A DNA stretch of 64,000 bases, taken from NCBI RefSeq assembly GCF_009914755.1, contig NC_060935.1; one strand, written 5' to 3'. Each line of letters begins with the position of its first letter. The stretch's first letter is position 1. This stretch comes from the human T2T-CHM13v2.0 reference genome, Homo sapiens. Below are positions 1 to 15,350 of the stretch, one piece after another. The notes under the pieces are model-generated. The model worked only from the letters and a program-made list of their open reading frames with translations. It made no database searches and had not been told where the DNA came from. A program made the translations under genes and the position numbers.

Positions 1-579
1 TGAAAGAAGCTGTGTAAATAGGACCCGCAGCCCTGTTGGAGGGAGGGACCCTCTTGATGAATCTAACACAACAGCGCACTTCAGACAGAGACAACTGGGA
101 CACTGGGCTCCAGGGAGGCTTAGCAGAAATCTCTGTGACCCATGGGTCACTGGGACCTGGTGCACATGTCTCCCAGTCACAGGGACCTGGAACTTCTGCC
201 CCAGCTCCAAACCCTACTTGCTCTGGAGTACTGGCTACTATAGACATAGGTCAGTTAATCTTGATGACACAGTTTCAGAAGCCTCAGAATGTCTTCTCCT
301 GTTTTGAGGTCCCCTTGGGGCCTCCTGTCGGAGTGTAGGCTAGAGCTTGGGCAGTTGGCTGCAAGGCTCAACAGAAGGGAAAGGGAAGCGTTCATCAGGT
401 TTCCCTCATCCCTTGCTTGGTCTTTGCAAGAGCCTCTGCCTTCCCTGCCTAAAAGTGGTTTTGTTCTAGGTGGGAGGAGAGAGAGGGTACGAGGTGTGGA
501 GTATAGGCAGGGCAGTTTGCCGGGAGTCTGGGCCTGTATATTCCTACAAGCAGTACCAGGTTTAAAAGATCTGAGTGGG

Positions 580-992
<413 letters not shown>

Positions 993-2719
993 CTAAAGGG
1001 TACCCAGAAGGTAGGGAGGAAGAAGCAGATGGGGAGTGTCTGGGGAGCTGCCTGAGGATCCCAGATGCCAGGCACTCACCAAGTGGGGGACTGAGCTCCT
1101 TAAATGATGCCACCCCTTTGGGCCATAAATCCACTCACTGATCAAACAGGGCCCACCTTGGGGACATTCAGAAGCCCTTCTCTGTTTTCTTTCCCACCCT
1201 CATCACCTCCCCCAGAGTCACCTCAGTCTTCTGCTCCCCCTCTATTGTGCCTGGCCCCAGCTCTGTTTCAGGAAGGCATAGATTGTATCTACAGTTCCTG
1301 GGACCTCTAAGAAGAGGCTCTGGTCTTTCATAGTCTTCAGAATATGACATCCTAAAAACAAACCTTTCTCTTGCTAATATCAACTACTTCCTAGCTCAAC
1401 TTGGATGACTTGTCTTGCCGACAAAGCCTGTTTGTTTAAGCAGCCACAAAAAAACCCAGGAAGAGGTGAGAAGAAAACTGTCCTGCCACAGCAGCATAGC
1501 AGAGAAGAAACCATCTGAGTCCAGCTGCACTCTAGGGTGAAGGGGAGAACCTTGCCAGAGGGTCAGGGTGCACACTCTCGCTGAACTTTCCTGGAAGGGG
1601 ACACAAAGAGTTAAAGAAATGCATTTAAATGAGCACTGTAGCTTGAAACCAAAGCTCCCAGGCCTCTTTCAGAACCTGGAGCCAGGGAAGTGTCTATTGT
1701 CAACAAATGCCACCACCGGACCAATAGCAAGCCAGAGTGTGGCTCTGAGAGAGGGGCCTCTGGGTGTCACCAGGCAACAGGCACAAAGGAACCTGGATCA
1801 ACTGCCCAGCAGATGATGACACTGCTCCACAGCTCCACCCACTGTCCCCCAGCAGCTTCTGCTCCAGCACAGCCAGGTGGGAGAACAACACGCTCCAGAT
1901 ACTCCCAAGATCAAATGACCATCAGTCTTGGGCTGTGGGGGGAAAGCAGGTGGTACAGAAAAGGCTTTATTTGGAAACTTTATTACAGTTTTTTGAAAAG
2001 GCTGGGCAGACGGCAAAGGTGAAGATTTGTAAGTAAAAAAGGAAGTGTTGCTGCAAACTAAAGCAAGACGCATATGTCTTTCTTCTGTTCATGTTCTTAT
2101 AAGTCAAGAGATGGGCACAACCTGGTGGCTTTCCCTAGATGCTGAGTGAGAAGCTCTGGGCAAATTTTCTAAATTACACTGAAGGAGACTGTAAAGTGAA
2201 ACCTAAGGATGCTTGTTTCTCATTGCCACAAAGTACACTCCCTTCAGGTCACAGAGCCAGAGGAGGGTAAGCAGTCACCCATGCAAAGCCTTCTTATCTC
2301 AAACTAATGAAAAGTTGAAGAAATCCTTTCATTCCATCAGGCAGTTTTTCACTGAACCTTTACAGCAACAGCAGGGCCTGGGCTAGGTTCTGGGGCTGCA
2401 GAGATGAATTGCTCCCTTTCCCCTCAGGAGGTCTGGCCATTCCCAAATGTTCACTGTCTTATCCACCCTATAAGCCAAAGACTCTCAAGTTTATATTCCC
2501 AGCCCATTCCATACCCTCCTTTTCCAAAACACCAACCCAATGTATCAAATACTTTTCTATATATCTTCTCATGGGTTTCCACAGGCTCGCCAAGCTCAAC
2601 ATGCCCCAAGCTCAAGGATTCATCTCTCTATCGGCAAACCTGTTCCACTGCATGAGCTTTCCTCTGTGGGGGTCTTAGGGAATAACAGTACCTTTCCCCA
2701 TTTTGTGGGTTGAATTGAA

Positions 2720-2894
2720 AGCTAAGAGAGAGGCCTGAAACAGATCCTTCCTTAGTGCCTTCAGAAGGTGCATGACTCTGCTGACACCTTGATTTTAAAC
2801 TTCTGGCCTCCAGAACTGTGAAACAATAAATGACTGTTGTTCTAAACCACGAGTGTGGTGTACTTTGTTATGACAGCCCTTGGAAACTAACACA
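2720..2894 (+). mobile_element. MaLR LTR 3' fragment (MLT1C/D-like)
   Basis: gctgacaccttgattttaaacttctggcctccagaactgtgaaacaataaa...ggaaactaacaca, typical MLT1 3' end. Confidence 0.8.
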
Positions 2895-2899
2895 CTCCC

Positions 2900-3670
2900 A
2901 TTAAACATTGTTCAAGAAAGGAGCCTGAGAGCTTCCACCCAGTCTTCCCCTCCATTGCCACCTCTATCCTTCACCTGCAGCCATAACCAATAAGCCACCA
3001 AACCCATCCATTTTACCTGCAGGATACCACTGCGAGTACCCATTTATCTTCATTCCCGCTGTACCCCTATGGAGCAGACCACCATCCCTTCTCATCAGTC
3101 TTTCCTAACTGCTGTCCCTGCCTCCAGTAATATCTCCTGCTTGTCTGTTCTTTGAGTTGCAGCCAGAATTATCTTTCAATGTGCGAATCTGAGATGCCAT
3201 TTCCCTGCTTAAAACTTTTCAGAGGCTCCTCATTGCTCCTAGGAGGAAGTTTAGACTTCTCAAAGGGCTCAAAAGATGCAGAATAATGCAGTCCTTGGTC
3301 TCCTCTCTGCCCTCATCTCTTGCCAGACTCTTGACAGTATTATTCTCTGGTAATACTGAGCATCTCTCTCTCCTAAATGTAATGATATGTGAGGAATGTT
3401 TTCTCTTGCCACCAGCATTCCCATATGCCGTTCCTTCTGCCTGGGGCGTATTTCCCTGCACTCTTCATCTTCAGAACTGCTACTTCTCACAGTGCTTTGC
3501 AATTGCCTCTTGATCTGTTGGCATCCCACCCCAGATCCCAGCTCCTAGGGGAGAGAAGTCTTGTCTATCTTGCTCATGGGGGTATTTGCAGTGCCCAGCA
3601 CAGTGTCTGGGATAGAATAGGTACCCAAGAATCATTTGTTGATGAACTGACTGATTGACTGACTGACTGA
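2900..3670 (+). mobile_element. L2 LINE remnant including 3' end
   Basis: Degenerate L2 motifs (gcagccagaattatctttc, cacagtgtctggg...tttgttgatgaa) ending in a (tgac)n tail; boundaries approximate. Confidence 0.65.
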
Positions 3671-3821
3671 AATATGACTCCTGCCCCCAATGGGTTCAGC
3701 CCAGAGAGTAGACAGTAGTGTGGCAAAGCAGTTCAACAGCGCAGAAATAGGACTCAGATTCAGCTTGAGAACATTTCACATAGTTGACGAGCCTTCAAGT
3801 TGGGCCTTAAAAATGTGTAAG

Positions 3822-4348
3822 TGTAATAGGTTCATTGCCTGATGTGCATGGCAAGTCAATACACTGAGACCCTGGGTTGCAGCAGATAAAGAGGTTTACT
3901 TGTGAGGCTGCTGGACAAGATGATGGGAAGAAACCTCACATCTGCCTCCTTGAGGAGTTTGGGGCTAGGGTTTTTAAGAGTTTTGGAGTGGGCCGAAGTG
4001 TGGTGATTGTCGATCGGTAAGATTGCAGGCTGAAATCATGGAACAAGGAGATAAAGAAACCATATTCTCAGGCTGTTTTTATTCTTCTTTGGGGTCTTTA
4101 AACTGGATGATGTCAGCTGTTTCGCTGGAATTCCGGATGTGAAAAACATCTTAAGCAATTCCCAAATAAAAGCCTTAAGATACTAATATCAGAAACCCTA
4201 TTTTTAGGAACAATAGGAATGCAAATGGTGAGTATCTAGTGTTATCTGGCTTTCAGCTATAAGGAAGTGTGTCAAAGTGCAGCATGATTAATGCTTAATT
4301 GTAACTATATTCTGTCCAGTTCTTGTTCATCCTGTGAGGACAGTTTCA
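3822..4348 (-). mobile_element. ERV1-class solo LTR (LOR1-like)
   Basis: Minus strand begins TGAAACTGTCCTCACAGG; ~530 bp with MER4-group LTR motifs (gggttgcagcagataaagaggttta); subfamily from memory. Confidence 0.6.
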
Positions 4349-4855
4349 GGTGAACAGGAATTGGCCAGAATAGAAAGGGAGCAGGGTGGAGAAGGCCATT
4401 TTACACAAAGAAGATGCTGTGGATAAAGAAACATGTATGTTTGGGGGAATGGTGGGAATATTTTGTGTGCCTAGAGTATGGTCTGCAGAAATTGAGCTAA
4501 TGTAGCCTGGGATTGAAATGTGAATCCTCCAAGGATTTTTTTTTTTTTTCATAAAAACCTCAATTACTTTCCCTCAACGTGAAACAGCATAAAGCAAGTT
4601 AGTGATTCCTTTTTATAATCAGGAGAGTGAAGACACACACTGACTAGAAGCGTTGTTCTGTGATTGTTAGTCTTTTAAGACATAAGAATAATTTGTCTAT
4701 ATCCCCTGCGTAAAATTATTGCTTATCCTTGAGGGCAAGAATTAAACCACCCATTTGCCTTCTCTTTCTGAAGAAAACAAATTTGATTCCTTAACTGTGT
4801 TCTTACCAAATCCATTCCCTCACTCTGAAAACTTAATTCCCTGAGATCATTTTAA

Positions 4856-4897
4856 TCTCTCTCTCTCTCTGTCTCTCTCTGTCTCTCTCTCTCTCTT
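4856..4897. repeat. (CT)n microsatellite, interrupted
   Basis: tctctctctctctctgtctctctctgtctctctctctctc. Confidence 0.9.
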
Positions 4898-6424
4898 CCT
4901 CACCCTGAACCCTATGGTCCAATTGCATGAACCAGAACTGAAGAGGAAACATAAAAGCAAGTGAGTCTTTCCTAAGATTGGTGAGGAGGACCTGTGGGCA
5001 GAGCAGGAAGAGTGATCTATCCCATAGGAATGTCTGCCAAGGTCCAGCAAACCTCGAGAGGAATCCAGGGGCACAGAAGTCACCACGTTGGTTGGAGGCA
5101 GGAGAGAACATCATTGGTCAGACAGCTCATCCATCTTGCACAGCAACAGTTAGTCTCAAAAGCCCTCAGAGGAGATAGGCATAGCCACTCCTGGAGGACT
5201 GCCGACTTATGTGGTGTGAAGCCTAAGGAGGGTGCACTGCTAAGAAAAGCCTGCACCACGCACCACCCTTGCGTCTATAGTCTGGAGGTGGTTTTGTGGT
5301 CAGAACATGGGTGGGCAGGAGCCTAAGCACAGGCACACATGCAACTTAAGCCTGAGGGCCAGCAGCAGCCCAGAGCCACGAAGTCACCCTTTGTGGTATA
5401 GGAGTGAGATTCACTCAGAATCAGCATGTTGGTACTGTTGTTGCAGCTCAATCTCACACAAAAGAAATGTTGTGCAAGCCAGCAGGAACAATCAGATTGC
5501 CAGGTCACTTTCCTGGAAAGGGGGCATCTGGTTGACTCCACGCATGGGGTAGTGGGTCAGAGAGTGACCCTGAGGGACGAAGCAAGGACAGGGCCCACAC
5601 AGGTCCCATCTGGGATCACAGCTCTCCACTTAGGTAGCACTGCCAGCTCTGTCTGTTCCAAGCACCAGAAAGGCACTTAGAACATTTTGAGAAAGTGACT
5701 CTAATGTGTGTTTGTGGTGACCAGGGGTGGAGGGGCGGGGAGTTCTTCCATAGGTGGACCATAACTTGGAACCTAGGTACAAGGCAATATCACTTCCCGG
5801 CAGCAAAGGGCTGGGATGGAGAGCATATGGGGCAGAATCTGTTGAGCAGACCAGAATCAGGGAGAGACCAACTCTGGGGCAGGGCAGGACTTGGAAGAAT
5901 AAATTGAAGATTAGGGTTATATATGTGTCTATTTCCTGCCCTACGCTGTGAGCTATAAATGGAGAGATCATGCCTTATGTCTTCTCTTAACCCTTTATGT
6001 CTTAACAATGCCTGTCTCCATGTGCATGCTGATAAATGAAAGGATAAAAAGATAAATGCCTGAAAAGTCCTGACTTTGCCTATTGAGATTGGCTCAGAAT
6101 TTGGGACAGGCTTGATTGACCCTGCAGTTAGAACCATCAGCAGAACGACCTGCAAAAGGTAGAGAAAGTAGAAAGAGGAGGCAGATCTGAGAATAAATGT
6201 CCCCTTCTCCCACACCCCAGAAACATCTGATCACAGGTTTCACTCCCTCAGTGGTTGTGACTCAGTGTTGCCCTCCTGCCACCACCCTATTTTCTCAATA
6301 ACAACAGCATTGCTCAGGGGCGACTCTGCCTCCCATCAAGACACAAAAGCTCCTATGTTTCCCATTGCACCCCATCACTGTCACAGCAAGTCACTGATGA
6401 ACTGTGGAACAATCCAATGGGTCA

Positions 6425-6727
<303 letters not shown>

Positions 6728-7589
6728 TTACTCAAAATCTCTAGGTTCAAATAATTAACAGCTCCCTTGGAATGCTTACTTTTGCAAAATACTGCATGCT
6801 CATTTGAGCATAAAGAGGCTCCCTAGAGGAATATCAAAACTGCTTTTGAAAACTGGATAATTTATGGGTATGTTCATACCCTTCATTAAGCTCTAGGTGA
6901 CAGCTTGATATGCAATTAACAAAGCAAAGCAAAACCTGGCCTCTGATCTGTTAAAAAGCATGCTGAACAGGCCTATCTCATGGATGGTGACTCTCAGCTG
7001 AGAGTGGTTTTTGGGAGGAGAGTGTCATTGGAGAGGAGATGCAGTAAATATGAAGGCAGCTGCTACCAGCTCTGTTGGGAAAATGAGATTTAAAGCCCAA
7101 AGCTGGTGTCAGGCTGGGGTGGATATCAGACACTATAGCTGGTTTTCGGGGGAAGCTAATGCCTTACTCTATGAAGTCCTTCTCTGAGTTGTAGGGTTAT
7201 AGGATTCCTGCTGTGACTGTACCCACCCAGTTTAGTAGTGCCTGCAGGCAGACCTCAGGACAAACTAGCCATAAAGTACTCCCCCGTAGCAGTACTTTGG
7301 CCAGTAATCAGCTCTACTTTTATATCAAAATTCCAAACAGTTCTAAAGCTGGGTAGTCCCTGCCATGTTCCTCCAGGCTTCTTTTTACATGTAGAAACGT
7401 CTGTGTGTCAACTCCCTCACCCAAAGATAATAAGACTCCCTGGAAATAATATTAATAGTAACAGCTAACATTAATCATGCTCTCAATAAGTATCAGAAAC
7501 TATAGTAAGTTGAAACTACACCAAGAAGCTACACTAAATATTTCTGTAATTATAACTTACTCAGCATGTGCCTAGTTCTTTTGGCGGTG

Positions 7590-7785
7590 CATTACACCAT
7601 TATTACTCATTCAATCTTTACGTTAAGCCTGTAAGCTAATTCCATTGTTATGCCTATTTTTTTGATGAAGACTCTGAGTCACAAAGAGGTTAAGTGATTG
7701 CTTAGGACACATAGCTAATGAGTGGTGGAACCAGGATTTGAACCCCCACAGTAAAACATGTTTTGTAGGGCCTTTAACACTATTC
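7590..7785 (-). mobile_element. MIR
   Basis: MIR core gaggttaagtgattgcttaggacacatagctaatgagtggtggaaccaggatttgaaccc. Confidence 0.75.
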
Positions 7786-7944
7786 CACATTTTCCTAGTC
7801 TTTGCATTCATTGTATCACATATTCTGAACTCTGCCTAATTTTTAGCTCTGTCTTGAACCATCCTCTGCCCTAATCTCTGCATTCTAGCTGTACTGGCTT
7901 TTTTATTTCCCAAACCTGCCAGGCTTCCCCCACCATAGGACCTT

Positions 7945-9485
<1,541 letters not shown>

Positions 9486-9705
9486 TGGCTCTTTTGTTCT
9501 TGTTTTTGCTTCTTCTGCCTGGCCTATGTGTTCTTTGTGTGATATGTCTTCTTCAGAACAGTAAGAATCCAAAGACTGAGGTCATAGCTGGGTTGAGAAG
9601 CCAGGCAGGTTGGTAGTTGTCAGGAGCACAGCGTATAAGAGGTACTGGAGTAAATACAAAATACAATAGCAGTTAACTCAGATTTCTACAGACTGCTTCT
9701 TACCT

Positions 9706-9891
9706 CAGTTGTTCTCAGATTGTAGTGTGCAAAAAAAAAAATCACCTGTAATACCTATTAAAATACTGATTCTTGGTCCAACCCCCAGTTTCCAATTCAG
9801 GAGGTCTGAATGGAACGCAATATTTGCATTTCTAATAAACTTACAGGTGATGCCAATGTTGATGGTCCATGGATCATACTTTGGTAGCACT
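9706..9891. mobile_element. MER5A-like hAT-Charlie MITE
   Basis: cagttgttctca...tttgcatttctaataaacttacaggtgatgcc...catactttggtagcact. Confidence 0.75.
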
Positions 9892-10546
9892 CTCTTACAT
9901 GATTGGCTAATTGTAAGTTGCTTGATTTCCCTCTGGTATACATAGAACCTTCCTAGGGAAGTAAAAATACCTCTCATGTCTTGAAGCAGTGACACCCACT
10001 AGCAAGGAGCACACTCATTATCCAGAACTTGGCTTCTAAGTACCATTCTCCAATACAAGGGAATAAATGGCTGACTTTAGGGCTGGAACATAGAAAATGC
10101 AAGATGAGCTTGGAGCATCTTGTAATGCCGGAAAGTAAGGAAGTGCAAAAAAAAAGAAAAAAGAAAAAAAAGATGGGAGCATATCAAAAGAATAGAAGAC
10201 CTAACCTGAAAAAACTCCACATGGCCAAAACTGGAACAATTTGAGCAAAAAAATAACACAATAGTATTAGATTACGACCTAACAAATTAAACAAATATTC
10301 ATGAGTCCAAACTGATATAAATAAGTGAATGAATAAATAAATAATGGGGGAGAAGGAAAAACTTTCTTACAGAAGAATTTAAATAATATATGGTGATATT
10401 TCTCCTTTCAGGGGGTAGAATTTAATTCTTCTCCCGCTGAGCATGGACTACTCATAGAACTTCCAAGTAACAGAGTTTAGAAAAGGTTTAAAAGACTTTA
10501 TAGGGGAGAGACTTGGAAGATACCCCCATAACCAAGTGGTCAAAAT

Positions 10547-10909
10547 TGCTGTGATCTAAATGTTTGTGTTCCCTTCAAATCCAGAAGTTGAAATCCTAAC
10601 CTCTAAGTTGTTGAAATTGGCAGGTGGAAATTTTGAGAGGTGATTAGGTCATAAAGGTGAAGCCCTCATGCTTGGCATTCATGCCCTTATAACAGAGACT
10701 CCAAAGAGCCAGCTAGTCCTTTCTACCATGAGGACACACCTAGAAGATACTATCTATGAACTAGAAATAAGCCCTCACCAAACACTGAACATGCCAGCAC
10801 CTTGATCTTAGACTTCTCAGCCTCCAGAACAGTAAGAAATACATTTCTGTTGCATATAATCCACCCAGTCTGTGGTATTTTTCTATAGCAGCCTGAACAA
10901 TCTAAGACA
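10547..10909 (+). mobile_element. MLT1A0-like MaLR solo LTR inside old L1M fragments
   Basis: tgctgtgatctaaatgtttgtgttccc...tatagcagcctgaacaatctaagaca, ~360 bp. Confidence 0.85.
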
Positions 10910-11477
10910 AATGTTGACATCACTGTGATAAGTCATGTCAATATTGTGTATTCTGTGATATGATGGTAAGAGAAAGGTACCTCATCTCTGTGATATTCCT
11001 CTATGATTCCCATAATCTTAGTTTGATCATTTAAAAAATCTGACAAAATCTAACTGAAACTATACACTGGAAGAAAACATTTGCAAATTATATAGCTGAT
11101 AAAGGACTTGCTTCTGGAATACATAAAGACCTCTCAAAACTCAGTAAGAAAAAAATAACCTTGACAGTTACGGAAAGCATACTAGTGATCATCTGGGAAC
11201 AGGAAGTTAAGGGTGGCAGAGAAAAGCAGAAAGGAGCAATTACAAAGGAGCATTAGAAAGCTTTGGGGATAATAATGTATTTGCTATCTTGATTGTGGTG
11301 ATGGCTTTACAGGTATGTACATATGTTAAGGCTTATCAAATGGTAACCTTTTAATATGTGCAGCATGATTTACTCCCCAATGACATTTTCCTAACTCTTC
11401 CTAGTTTTCCACAGGACAGGAATGAGGGATGTTATCTTACTGGTTAGATCCAATTGACCACGACCTTTTATCTAATA

Positions 11478-12751
11478 TGAGGGTCTTCAATAAATTCATG
11501 AAAAATGCATATTGTGAAAAACTAGGCATAGAGTTCAATTTTTTCTACCAAAATAAACTTATACTAACTTGTTATAACATGCCTGAACAGAAACTAGTTT
11601 AAGGCACTAAAGAGGATAAGACCTAAGTTTGAAAAGAGCCTCTATTAGAGCAACATTAATTCTGCTAAAATTGAAGCAAGAACAAACATCACATTTATAG
11701 TGAAGTTTGGGTGGAAGAGTGGTGAAATCACTGATGCTTTATGAAAAGTTTATGGGTATTAAGTCATAAAGAAATCAGCAGTTTACAAAAGAATAACTCA
11801 TTTTAAGAGAGGATGAGACAATGATAAAGATGAAGTCTGTAGCGGCAGACCATCCACACCAAGTTATAAGGAAAAAAACTCATCTCGTTTATGCCCTAAT
11901 TGAAGAGGACAAACAATTAACATTAGAAACAATAGCTGTCATCATAGACATCTCAATTGGTTCAGCTTACACAATTCTGACTGAAAAATTAAAATTGAAC
12001 AAAGTTTCCACTTGATGAAACTCAAAACTGTTGCATCCAGATCAGCTACAAAGAGCAGAGCTTTCAATGAGAATTTTAAACAAGTGAGATCAAGATCCAG
12101 AAACATTTCATCAAAAAATTGTAACAGAAGATGAAACACGCCTTTACCAGTATGATCCTGAAGACAAAGCACAATCAAAGCAATGGCTACCAAGGGGTAC
12201 AAGTGGTCCAGCCAAAGCAGATGAGTCAAGAGTGAACATCATGGCCATAGTTTTGGGGAATGCTGAAAGCATTTTCCTCATTGGCTTCCTGAGGGCCAAA
12301 GAATGATAGCATCTGCTTATTATAAGAGTGTTTTGAGAAATTTAGCCAAAACTTTAGCAGAAAAGTGCCTTGGAAAGCTTCACAAGAGAGCCCTTCATTT
12401 ACCACGATGCTCCTGCTTATTTCTCTCAACAAACAAGGGCAATTTTGTGAGAGATGGGAAATCATTAGGCACCCATCTTACAGTGCCGATTTTGTTTTTT
12501 CTGATTTCTTTTTGTTTCCTAATATTAAAAAGATCTTTAAGGGACGCCCATTTTTCCTCAGTTAATAGTTTCAAAAAGACTCCATTGACATGGTGAAATT
12601 CCCAGGACCAGTTCTTTAGGGATGGACTAAATGGCTATCATTGATTACAAAAGTGTCTTGAACTTGGTGGAGCTTATGTTGAGAAATAAAATTTATAATT
12701 TTTATTTTCATCTTTTAATTTTGCTTTTCCACAAACTTTTTGAAGCCCTCC
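11478..12751 (+). mobile_element. HSMAR2 mariner, full length, defective transposase (copy 1)
   Basis: TIRs tgagggtcttcaataaattcatgaaaaatg / ttttccacaaactttttgaagccctcc; TA on both sides (11476-77, 12752-53); decayed transposase with SGRP, IVTEDET and HPSYSAD (YSPDL) motifs; many stops and frameshifts. Confidence 0.92.
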
Positions 12752-12779
12752 TATACCATATTACTGGGAAGGCAGAGCA

Positions 12780-12990
12780 ACCAGCATTTATTGAGTAGTT
12801 ATTATGTTCCTGGGACTTTCAACAGTAACCTTGGTTGATCCTCACAACAACCCTGAGCGTTAGATGACACTACTGCTGTCTTCTAGATTAGGAAAATGAA
12901 ACTTAGGCAGTAACGTAACACTTTTTTTGTCATACAAGTAGCAAATCATGAAAAAAGGGTTCAAAAGAAGTTTATTCCAAACCCAGAGAC
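12780..12990 (-). mobile_element. MIR
   Basis: catttattgagtagttattatg...gatcctcacaacaaccctgag...ggaaaatgaaacttagg. Confidence 0.65.
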
Positions 12991-13296
12991 AGGAGAGGGT
13001 TGGGTAAGAACTTGTGTAACTATGTTATCGTAAATTACCTCAACCCGTGACAAGTAACCTAGTGCTATCCAACTAGGAATGAGAGAAAAATCATTGAAAC
13101 AAAAGAAACGTTTAAATTAAAATAAAATATTATGTGTTTATTATATAACAATGCTTTGTTTTAAAACTAAAGGGGAACTTTTAAGTGCTTTACCATTGAC
13201 TAGGTCACTCTGGTGGCACTGCATTAACAAACCTCAATGTCAAGCCTCACTTCCCTGTGTTTCTCTGAGTAACCATTTACGCTTTGCTGAGAAGTA

Positions 13297-13322
13297 CAGT
13301 CATGCACCGCATAACAACATTT
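13297..13322 (+). mobile_element. Isolated Tigger3 left terminal inverted repeat
   Basis: TA (13295-96) then cagtcatgcaccgcataacaacattt; matches the Tigger3b left end at 14139 (caatcatgcccagcataatgacattt) and is inverted to ...catgactg-TA at 15350. Confidence 0.85.
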
Positions 13323-14038
13323 GTGCAATATCAAATGACGGGCACTTCCAATGGAAATGGAGAGTGGCTACCGTCCAACTCAGCAGAGAGGGAGAGAAAG
13401 CCTCCCCCTATTTCATGTGGTCAGCCGGAACAAAGCCTTCACCACTGGTTAGTTTACAAAGGGCACAACTAAGACAGACACGCATATTTGCATTCGTCAC
13501 ATGGTGTTATTGTAAGCACAGTCAGAAATGCTTCGGGCTAGGAGGAAAATGTAATTTTATTACTTCCCACTGTCAAAGAAACAGCCCGCAACTGAAAGAG
13601 ACCTCACCTTGATGCACTAAAAGCAAACCACTCATTCCTAAAGATGAATTTGGGCAACAACATTTTGCAAAACTTACTGTAACACAAATGATTCCTGCCC
13701 TAAAAGCCCATAACCCTAAAGCCTATAACACTTCCTTTCAGTACCCAAATAATGATGGCATTATCCCTAAAAGCTTGATTGTGAGTGTCCCTTTGGTCAA
13801 GAGGCTGAGGTGGGAGGATCACTCGTGCCCAGGAGTTTAAGGCTGCAGTGAGCTATGATTGAGCCACTGTACTCCAGCCTGGGCAAAAGAGTAAGACCCT
13901 GTCTCAAAAAAAAAAAGAAAAAGAAAAGAAAAGAAAAGTGTCTCTTTGGTGATTTAAGAGAGCTCCCAAAGGGATGCCCCAATCCAGTCTCTCAGCCAAA
14001 GACATTGTGCAGCAGGGCCCCTCTTCCTCTCCTGGTTG
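13322..14038 (+). repeat. Duplicated non-repeat host segment, copy 1 (inverted paralogue of 21710-22282)
   Basis: Hand alignment; also visible as near-identical translations in ORFs 13151-13612(+) and 22007-22240(-). Confidence 0.95.
13798..13936 (+). mobile_element. Truncated AluJ/FLAM-type monomer present in copy 1 only
   Basis: gctgcagtgagctatgatt (J-type); TSD agtgtcc/tctttggt at 13784-13797 and 13937-13950; absent from the 21.8-kb paralogue. Confidence 0.85.
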
Positions 14039-14138
14039 ACTGCCCACTCTTCCTGAAGCTTCCCTGAGCTTCCTGCCTGTCATGATAATGCCCTTTACTC
14101 TACCTATGGGGCTTTCCCTTGGAGTGGCTAGGGAACTA

Positions 14139-15350
14139 CAATCATGCCCAGCATAATGACATTTCAGTGAACTACTGACCACGTATACGACAGTGGTCCT
14201 ACAAAATCATAATGGAGCTGAAAACTTCCTATCCCCTAGTGACATTGTAGCCATTGTAACATAGTCATAGGGCAAGGCATTACTCATGTGTTTGTGAGGA
14301 TGCTGGTTTAAACAAACCTACTATGCTGCCAGTTATATAAAAGTATAACACATACAGTTATGTACAATACATACTTGAAAATAATAATAAACCGCTATGT
14401 TACTGGTTTATGTATTTGTTATAGTATATTTATATCATTATTTTAGAGTATACTACTTGTACTTACAAAAAAATAATTAACTATAAAACAGCCTCAGGCA
14501 GGCCCTTTGGGAGGTACCCAGAAGAAGGAATAATATCATAGGGGATGAGAGCTCCATGTGTGTTACAGCCCCTGAAGACCTTGCAGTGGGACAAGATGTG
14601 GAGGGAAGGCAGTGATATTGATGATTCTCATCCTGTGTAGACCTAGGCTACTGTGTGTGTTTGTCATTGTTTTTAACAAAAAAGTTAAAAAAGTAAGAAA
14701 AAAATGTAAAAATAGAAAAAAGTTTATAGAATAAGAATTTAAAAAAAGAATTTTTTTTTTACAGCTGTACAATGTGTTTGTATTTTAGGCTAAGTTATTA
14801 CAAAAGAGTCAAAAAGTTTAAAAAATTAAAAACTTTATGAATTACAAAAGTCACAGTAAGCTAAGGTTAATTTATTATTAAAGAAAGAAAATATATTTTA
14901 CATAATTTTAGGGTAGCCTAGGTGTACAGTGTTTATAAAGCCTACAGTAGTATACAGTAACATCTTAGGCTTTTACATTCACTCACCACTCACTTACAGA
15001 CTCACCCAGAGCAACTTCCAGACCTGCAAGCCACATTCATGGTAAGTACCCTATACAGGTGTGCCATTTTTCATTCTGAGTACCGTATTTTCAGTGAACC
15101 CTTTTTATGTTTAGATATGTTCAGATACACAAATACTTACCATTGTGTTACAACTGCCTACAGTATTCAGTAGAGTCACATGCTCCAGGTTTGTAGCCTA
15201 GGAGCACTAGGCTACACCACACAGCCCAAGTATGTAGTAGTCTGTATCATCTAGGTTTATGTAAGCACACTGTGATGTTTACACAAAGACAAAATCGCCT
15301 AGCGATGCATTTCTCAGAACGTATCCCCATCTTTAAGTGACCCATGACTG
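14139..15350 (+). mobile_element. Tigger3b (MER7B/GOLEM_B) non-autonomous pogo-family element, full length
   Basis: TA-caatcatgcccagcataatgacatttc ... gcatttctcagaacgtatccccatctttaagtgacccatgactg-TA; 1212 bp. Confidence 0.88.

Noticed and set aside
1568-2073. Cluster of overlapping 60-110 aa ORFs in unique DNA
   Set aside because: No recognisable homology or convincing exon structure; expected by chance at this GC content.
11650-12690. Domesticated or active mariner transposase; SETMAR binding sites
   Set aside because: Start codon mutated and many stops/frameshifts in both copies. SETMAR is HSMAR1-derived and these are HSMAR2 ends.
13151-13612. 153-aa ORF and its paralogue 22007-22240 as a novel protein family
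   Set aside because: The ORF crosses the TIR junction, starts and stops are not shared, and most differences change amino acids. The similarity simply reflects DNA duplication.
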